Positions 57,150 through 64,000 of a DNA stretch of 64,000 nucleotides are shown here, one piece after another (positions within the stretch are counted from its first letter, which is position 1; every line of letters begins with the position of its first letter). The notes under the pieces are model-generated. The model was not told where the DNA came from and did no database searches. It saw only the letters and a list, made by a program, of their open reading frames with translations. The translations under genes were made by a program, and so were the position numbers. The stretch is from Raillietiella orientalis (lineage: Eukaryota): contig JAYWIR010000057.1 of the NCBI GenBank assembly GCA_036172245.1, positions 372,001 to 436,000 of the forward strand, written 5' to 3'.

Positions 57150-59160
57150 TCTGAAAACTTTACCTTCTATTATCAGCGAAGAGACTATGCCCACTATTAA
57201 GCCTTCAATCACGTGCTTTGCATTTCTACCCGGTTCACCTTGCTCAGCCAGAGAAAGGCTCATGATCTGTCTCTTTCCATCAGGCCAAAGAGCGTTGACA
57301 ATTGATTTCACAACCAGCATGTCCGCATACTGGGTGCCTTGCAAAGAAGTGGAAGGGATGTTCTCTTTCCGGTTTGCTTACCATAAGCGTACTGGGTCTT
57401 TAGATAAGAGGAGACAGCTCGGAGGGGAGTGTGCTCTTGAGGAACCGACTTTTCGCCTAAAAAACCTAATCTTTTCAGAGCTGCAACCGTGCCATCAGGA
57501 CACTCTGGATTGCTTTGGATACAGGTTTCCAGTTCTTCGTCGCTGCAGTCATCCGGAAGGAAGAGAAGCCGCTTCATCATCGTTTTCTGCAAAAAGGAAA
57601 AAACGGAAGCTTGATTGCTAATCAAAATATTCGGCATACACATAGAATTGCCCTGGATGTAATGTACGCTTATTATAAGGTTCCTTGTTATTATTAGACG
57701 TATCGAAGATTGATAAAGACAAATAAAAGTAGAATCCCTAAATACGGGAGGGGAGGGGCAGCATTAAAGTATCACTACCCTACGGTAGGGCGTCCGTGCC
57801 CGAAGAGAAATGGTATAACACCAAAGTATAACACCTATATGTTTAGTAGCACTTCATAAATTTGTCCAACAAATTCGGGATAAGAGATCGTTTCATCAAG
57901 AAAGTAATAATCGTGAGGGAGCTTCACCTGGAAGGATGTACCCGACTTTCTGTTTAGATGCACCTGACCCGATTCAGAGGCAAAGTGACTGGAATGGGAT
58001 GAGGAGTGATTGGTGGCGAGATTAAAGAGGACGAGTACGGCGTTGCCAGGTGTGCGTGAGCGCAGGGAAAACTTTGTTGCTCAACGCGTTTTCCCATCCT
58101 CTCATAAGTGTGCAGAAGTTGATTCTCCTCCGCGTGATGATGGCCACCGCCACCGAACCCTCCGTCTCCTGAATCCAATCACGCTTTGCAGTTTTGGACC
58201 CGTGTTCCTGTCCATGAAAAAGCTCGGGGCATCTCTCAGACTCAGATTCGACGGAACACCGGCTGACTATGTTTGCAGCGCATTGCTATTTTGCTTTCAG
58301 CATCCCTCTTTTTCATTCACTTGTTATGAAACTGCTGTCAGAACATCAGATAAATTCCTGAGATTTTGATTTGTTTCCAAATCGGGCTTTCGATTCACTT
58401 GCTGTCGAGCCTCCTGTTTTTTCGCTTCCGCAAGTCTCGTAGATCTCTTTCCTCCTGGAATCACAGACGCACTCACTCTCTTCCTAGCCATGATTCATTT
58501 TTTTGGCAGCTTCGTTCCTTCTTTCCATGTCAGTTCCCCCTTCAATCTCCTAACCGAGGCTTTAGCAAGGACTTCCATTTACCGAGTTGGCTGGAGCATA
58601 ACCCAGACATTCGAGAAATGGAAGAAAAAGAGAAGGTGAGTGAAAATCTATAACTTAAGTGAAAGGTGTTTACTGGATTTGCGATGGCAAAGCCGGAAGC
58701 TCCGTCCAGAAATCGGAGACGGGTTCCCAGCACCCCCTGCAAGCTCTATCCTTTCGTGATCTCCTCATCTTCGACACCGACGAACGTCAAGGCTGAAGAT
58801 GAAGTTTGTTCGTAATTTCGTGTAGAGAAGATGCCGGTCTTGCAACACCTCGCGCTTTGTAAGAATTCGCAGTCTGTTCTCTCAGCAGTCAAAATTTTTC
58901 AACAGTCTCTTTGCATTTCAAGTATCGGCGCGGTTATGGATTTATGCATGTGGCTTCCGGGATTCCTGCCTTCACATGGTGTTCTCAAAGGTGTTCTCGT
59001 AAAATTTCGTGAAACGAATTTCATGAAATGAGCATCATATGTTGCTTTTAACCGATGTCTTCCCTCCTTCCATAAAGATGAACCAAGTTCTTCGATTAAG
59101 AGAGCATTCGTTGCTTTCGTTGTAGATTGCTCCCAATTATCCATGATTTGTTTGAACATT
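57150..59160 (-). mobile_element. Decayed, interrupted hAT transposase remnant (middle to C-terminus)
   Basis: MFKQIMD...ALLIEE (LFKQLC...LLLHTE), LQG, CSDEELET (QSDEELK), MLVVKSIVNAL...GKRQ...EQGE (YLVERGFSA...KRNRL...RGD). Confidence 0.5.
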
Positions 59161-60479
59161 GACCTGTTTCAGCGACTTGTTTCACATCACTTCCTGTTTG
59201 AGGAGATGCGACATGGAACACAATAGGGAGATAGATTTTACTTGGCTAAGGCCATGAAAGAAATGAATCCAACATGACTAAATGGATCCCAACTTTTCCT
59301 TCTCCATGACTTCTTCCCTGTCTTGCTTTTCTGAGACCCACAACACAACACGAAGATTACCGTCAACTTGGACATTCATCATTTGTGTTTCCTTACGATC
59401 TGGTTTCATAATGCGCGCGGGCTAGCTCCTAGGATATTCAATAGGTATAAGTTCTAGGCACTGAATACTAGGCAGAACAGTGAAAAATAATTAAGAAAAT
59501 CATTCTTCTCTCAATTATATTTCCTTTACTTCTTAATACTCAATTGCATCTCATTTTTTTTGTCTGTACCTTAGATGAATCTCAGGCCTCAAGAAAAATC
59601 ATGAGATCCTATCTTTATGAAGTCGGAAGAACCAGATAGTTCCGAAAGGAGTCGTCCAGGAAATTCTGCACTGTTACGATAGTAGACTTTTGTGTTCCAA
59701 GTTCCAATTTGATCTTAGACTACTGTATAGACTACGGGTATCTTGGAAAATACTATTGCATGATCTTAGTCAGTCAGCAGGAAACCAATACGAATGAAGA
59801 GCGGGATTGAAGTTTTTTTTTCAAAGTCCAAACTTTTCATGTGTCTTTGGAATCAGCAGCTGCAAGAGTTTCACGCCTTCATGAATGAAGTGAACTAGCT
59901 CTTTTGTGTGAAACGAAAAATCTTGGGAAAGTATTACCTTAATACATTCTTTGCTTAGTCTTTGATAAATGTAACTCGGACTTCATTGAGCTCAGACGAA
60001 AAGATGACCATTTTATTGAAAAATTACACTTAAAAATACATCTGTGTCGGCTCTTTTCTTCCTTGTGAGCTCTTTGCCGTCAACTTTTGGTTTTGTTGAG
60101 ATTCACATCATGTCTGTTCAAGTAAAAGTTGATGGAAGCCTTCACAATGCATTCAAGATAATAGAATGATTTTAAAAGCTTGATAGAAAGGAGAAAAATA
60201 AATGTTTAATCAGAATGCTCAAAGAAAGACCAAAAGTACAATGGAATGCATCTCGAACTATCTAAAAACACCAAAACATCAGACAAACACGGAGAACATC
60301 AGAGCTGGAAAGCATCTAAAAATGAAACCAAAGCTAACTTATCTATGCACTGTATGTAAGACAGCTACCGTCTGCTACACGAAGACTCAGTTCTGGAGAG
60401 AACAGTATTCGAGTATTGAAAATGTAGCAATGCACCGTGAGCTTTTTCGTCGCAGTCATGGAAAGAAAAAACAAAGGAT

Positions 60480-61100
60480 TGCTCATGTGCAAGGAGTTTG
60501 ATTGCGGCCAGAGTTGCCGCCAAAATAGCTTTAGGGAAGCAGAGGCACTGTATAAATGAAGCAAGAAAGATGAAAAGAGACAATGAAGGTTTCTTCGTTG
60601 CAAAAAAGAGAGGCAACGCACACCTGGAAGTGCATGGTCCAGAGCTGAATTTTAGAAAGAAAAAGCAGTAGCTTGGATCAAAGCAGAAATGAAATTAGTT
60701 CACGAAAGATGGAGCACCATAATCACCACAGGGATGGAAGTGGACGAATTCAGCGTTTGTCACGGACATGCATCTGTCAACCCTTTAAGTAAGAGCACTC
60801 AACATCAAGTCCGAATTCATCAGGAATCAAAAGCTGAGAAATTCCGAAAATACGCAAAGAGTGCACTCAAAGATGCATAATAGAAAGAAATGCACGATCC
60901 ATGTTTTCCTTCCCATCATCCAGTTACGGAACTCAAAGGTAATGAAATCCAGATTTACTACTGCACAGAGTTTCCCCGAGAAGGAGAAAATCCGGATCGA
61001 CAGTTTGTAGGCACAGCGTCTGCATGTGGAAAACCACCTTCATATAGATTGTAATCCCATAAAAGGTTGCATGAGCAGAGATGCAAGAATGGGTAGAAGG
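60480..61100 (+). mobile_element. Decayed hAT transposase fragment
   Basis: EGF..CKKERQRTPGSA (EDFLFCKxLxxRTTG), VTD, CF..H...SKVM. Confidence 0.35.
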
Positions 61101-61899
61101 GCTGGACCGTTCCTTAAGCATATACGAATTAGCATGTCTGCAGTGTCTTTGCCGAAGCAGGGACCCGATAAGAAGCAGGGAAACGCTGCGCTATCGAGTC
61201 CTCAGTCCATGCACCCCATGGTGAATGAGGATGAACCAATGAAATGCAATGATGTCCTCGTAGATTCTGTGGACATTTGACCAGCGTCGAGCTTTTCATT
61301 TTACGAGCACAGTCTCTATCAACTCAAACCGCAACTCTGCCTGAAAGGGGTCAGCATACGTCGAAGATACTGGGAACAGAGCTGACCGAAACACAGAACG
61401 AAACATCTACATGGTGAGTACGATTCGGTTGCATCGTATGTGTTTCAAATCCCATGTGCCATGTGCGTTCCACATTAAACCCTTCGAGACCAACATGCTT
61501 CAACAACTAATGTAAGGGCAGCAAGAAGTAACCAGTTGGGTGGAAATCCGTACGTGCCACTAAAAACACACACACAAAAAAAAAAATGAGCAGTGGGTTG
61601 AGGGCAATTTTTCCAAAAACTGCTCTTTACCGCTGCTTTTGCCTCAATAATTTCACATTTCGGTGATGGAAATCGGCCAATTTTCAGTAATGGAAATCGG
61701 AAATTAAATGTATTGCGAACCTCCTTATTGCTACTATCGAAGATAAAAAAAAAGACACACACAAACACACATCGACCATGGTATTTCTAAATCCTGTGAA
61801 AATATCGCTTTTTCTAACTATTTGAGCGCCTAGTGCACACGATTCTGGGTAAGCAAAACTCTTCCATTAGTGACGACTTAGAAATCATCTCTTCGAAAG

Positions 61900-62630
61900 T
61901 GATAACTACGAAGCATGAGTAGAAAACTAGCAGGAGGAAAGCATGTTTGCCCAGCCACTTATTGAATTTACGCGAATCAAATGAAGAATGCACTTGAACT
62001 GAAGAATTCTGGAAGTAGGGGGAAAAAAACTTCTTCTGCTTACCCAAGTCAAAATTGGAGTTTTCGAAACAAGGTCGCACCTCGGCACGTTGCAAAGTAA
62101 TCCCAGAACATTGAGGACACGACAAATGGACAGGAATCCTGGGTGGAACAGATGTCCTCGTACTACTGTGCGTGTCTCAGGAATCGAGTAGAGCGTCTTA
62201 TAGAGAAGACTGTTCCTTTTTGGAAATGCTTCGAATTTCATATTTCCTATGGAGATCAAAGTATGATCCAAAAGAATGCATCCTCCTCTTGGAATGCATA
62301 TAATCTAGAAATCAAAAGACATGAAGACATCGTAAATCTTCCTCACTTGATTATCTTGCTGGTATTTCACGTCATACAGAATCTGCGATAATATCTGATC
62401 GGGATCGTCGATGAAAAGGTGGCGAAGAACGGTGTTGTTCGCTGTCTCGGGAGAAGGCAGGTGCCCCGAGTAACAAGCTAAACTTTCTACCAGGCCGCCT
62501 CTACTGTGGATTGTATTGATTAATTTCGAAGCCATCATGTGATCGAGTCCTGGATCGAAACCGACTTCGAACAAGAGAGTTACTCTTCTATGCACTGCTC
62601 TATTTTGGAAATGAGATTTCATCATCATTC
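61900..62630 (-). mobile_element. Decayed hAT transposase fragment
   Basis: ANNTVLRH...DQILSQIL (SNNTVxRRI..D...QL) and SLLYKTL..ETRT..GHLF. Confidence 0.5.
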
Positions 62631-63339
62631 AATTCGTATCTGTCATTTCGTGAGCAAGCTTTTGCTCAAGAAGGGTGCTTATCTCTTAGGATCCCTTTTA
62701 TTCATTGTGGCAGATGTTACTCATGAGCTACAGTATAAAAACGAGCACGAGCCAAGCTAAGGAGTCATCAAGATAGTTTCCCCGGTTTCTATGACAGCTT
62801 AAATATGTCTGCACGTCTCTGCGATTGCAGCATCACTACAAATTCCGGAATAGAGGAAGCTGAGGGTTTGCATAGCTCGTTCAAAGACAATTGCAGAGAC
62901 AACAGCAAATGATAACAACCGTGTTCATATTTCCATTTTCCCGAGTTGGGTTACCCTATTCTGCAAGCTTACAATTCTAAGGAACACCGCATTTCCTTTG
63001 CTATCCTTCCAAGTTAGCACACGTTTCAACGTCAATCAGACCACAGAGTACAGGGTCACGGGGGCAGAACTACTTTATAAAATCGTATTGCCCCAACCAG
63101 TTCAAATAGCCATCTGGGCAGTAAGCATTCCTTCTACGGAATTCGACTCCTATTCGTTTTTGCCTAAACAGTTTACATAAATTCCATAGTATTTCATTAA
63201 AGGAGGACGGACGGACCAATTTCGAACACGGACCACATCGTGCCAACAATTTTGCGAGCTTTGCTTGAACCAGTAATCTGAATGGCCCACAGAGACAAAT
63301 TAGCAATTGAGAAGAATCAAAGAATGAAACGTGGCGAAA

Positions 63340-63800
63340 AGAATTGCTCTTGGCAGAGAATTACCAAACTTGGCAACCGAGGCTATATCCGTACATTCAG
63401 GATGGCGACTGCACCCAAGCTTTTTCAACCTTGGAAGGAGCAGTGGTTATTCCAACAGACTGCAAACGTGAGATCCCTCTTCGGACTTTGAAGCACCAGA
63501 GTTTGAGGCATAGTGGTATGGGGGGACCCACGCTCCACTCTGCTTCTTTGCACCACTTCGCGACTCTTTGGTGGAAGCCTTTTCCAGAAGGGCTGAAACT
63601 TTACTCAACCAACTCATTATTCACGATTCTCGCATCCTATCAAAATCATCGACTCAAAGTAACGGGAAAAAATATATGTCCCGATGATAAATACGTTATG
63701 AAAAATGGATTTTTGAATTTAGACCTTGACCTCTTCAAAATGCACCAAAATAAGATTGCTCGTCTGTTTCTTCTTGGAGAACAATGATTGCTATTGATGC
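63340..63800 (+). mobile_element. Decayed hAT transposase fragment
   Basis: ORF 63344-63787: YIQDG...PTDCKREI (TDxKGESI), LK...LFTI...HRLKVTGKNI (TIHCxxHRQxLVAKNL), ARLF. Confidence 0.6.
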
Positions 63801-64000
63801 AGCCTTTGACATGAAAATGTACGGTGAGTCAAACTAACGATATAAATAGAGCGTGGGCGTAGGTGTACGCAATGTACGTACACACAAGTGAGCAACCATG
63901 CACGAGAAAGAGACAAACGCGTCGACAGTCTAATCCAAGCAATTCAAAAAATCTGTACACTCTTTGGGACGTTTACGTATCATCGTCGTACGAGTCGACG

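Noticed and set aside
52000..64000. A second host gene downstream
   Set aside because: I could not build a spliced model; the recognisable peptides are transposase debris. Small exons could have been missed.

Overview
This is eukaryotic (animal) genomic DNA, not a prokaryotic locus. TTTCAG-type acceptors and 39-60 nt minimal introns suggest a nematode-like invertebrate, but that is an inference. One large + strand gene dominates the window: an ADAMTS9/GON-1-type secreted metalloprotease. I reconstructed it by hand as 28 phase-consistent coding exons from 7051 to 51108 (4872 nt, 1623 aa). Domains in order: signal peptide, M12B prodomain, furin site RRYKR, catalytic HEIGHLFNMRHD, disintegrin-like, central TSP1, Cys-rich, spacer, ten further TSP1 repeats (one miniaturised) and a C-terminal GON domain. 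Large introns and flanks hold many heavily decayed hAT (Buster/Charlie-like) transposase remnants, a dispersed ~600 bp repeat with a tRNA-like head (candidate SINE) and faint retroelement relics. Most ORFs in the track are spurious GC-rich frames. I found no CRISPR array, no intact RNA gene and no convincingly new multi-gene system. The best leads are exon 3 apparently nested in a collinear transposase remnant, two required GC-AG introns, a 28-aa mini-TSP1, a competing stop-introducing acceptor, the SINE-like family and a GC shift inside the gene. All domain and TE calls are by-eye motif recognition; no searches were run and TE boundaries are approximate.
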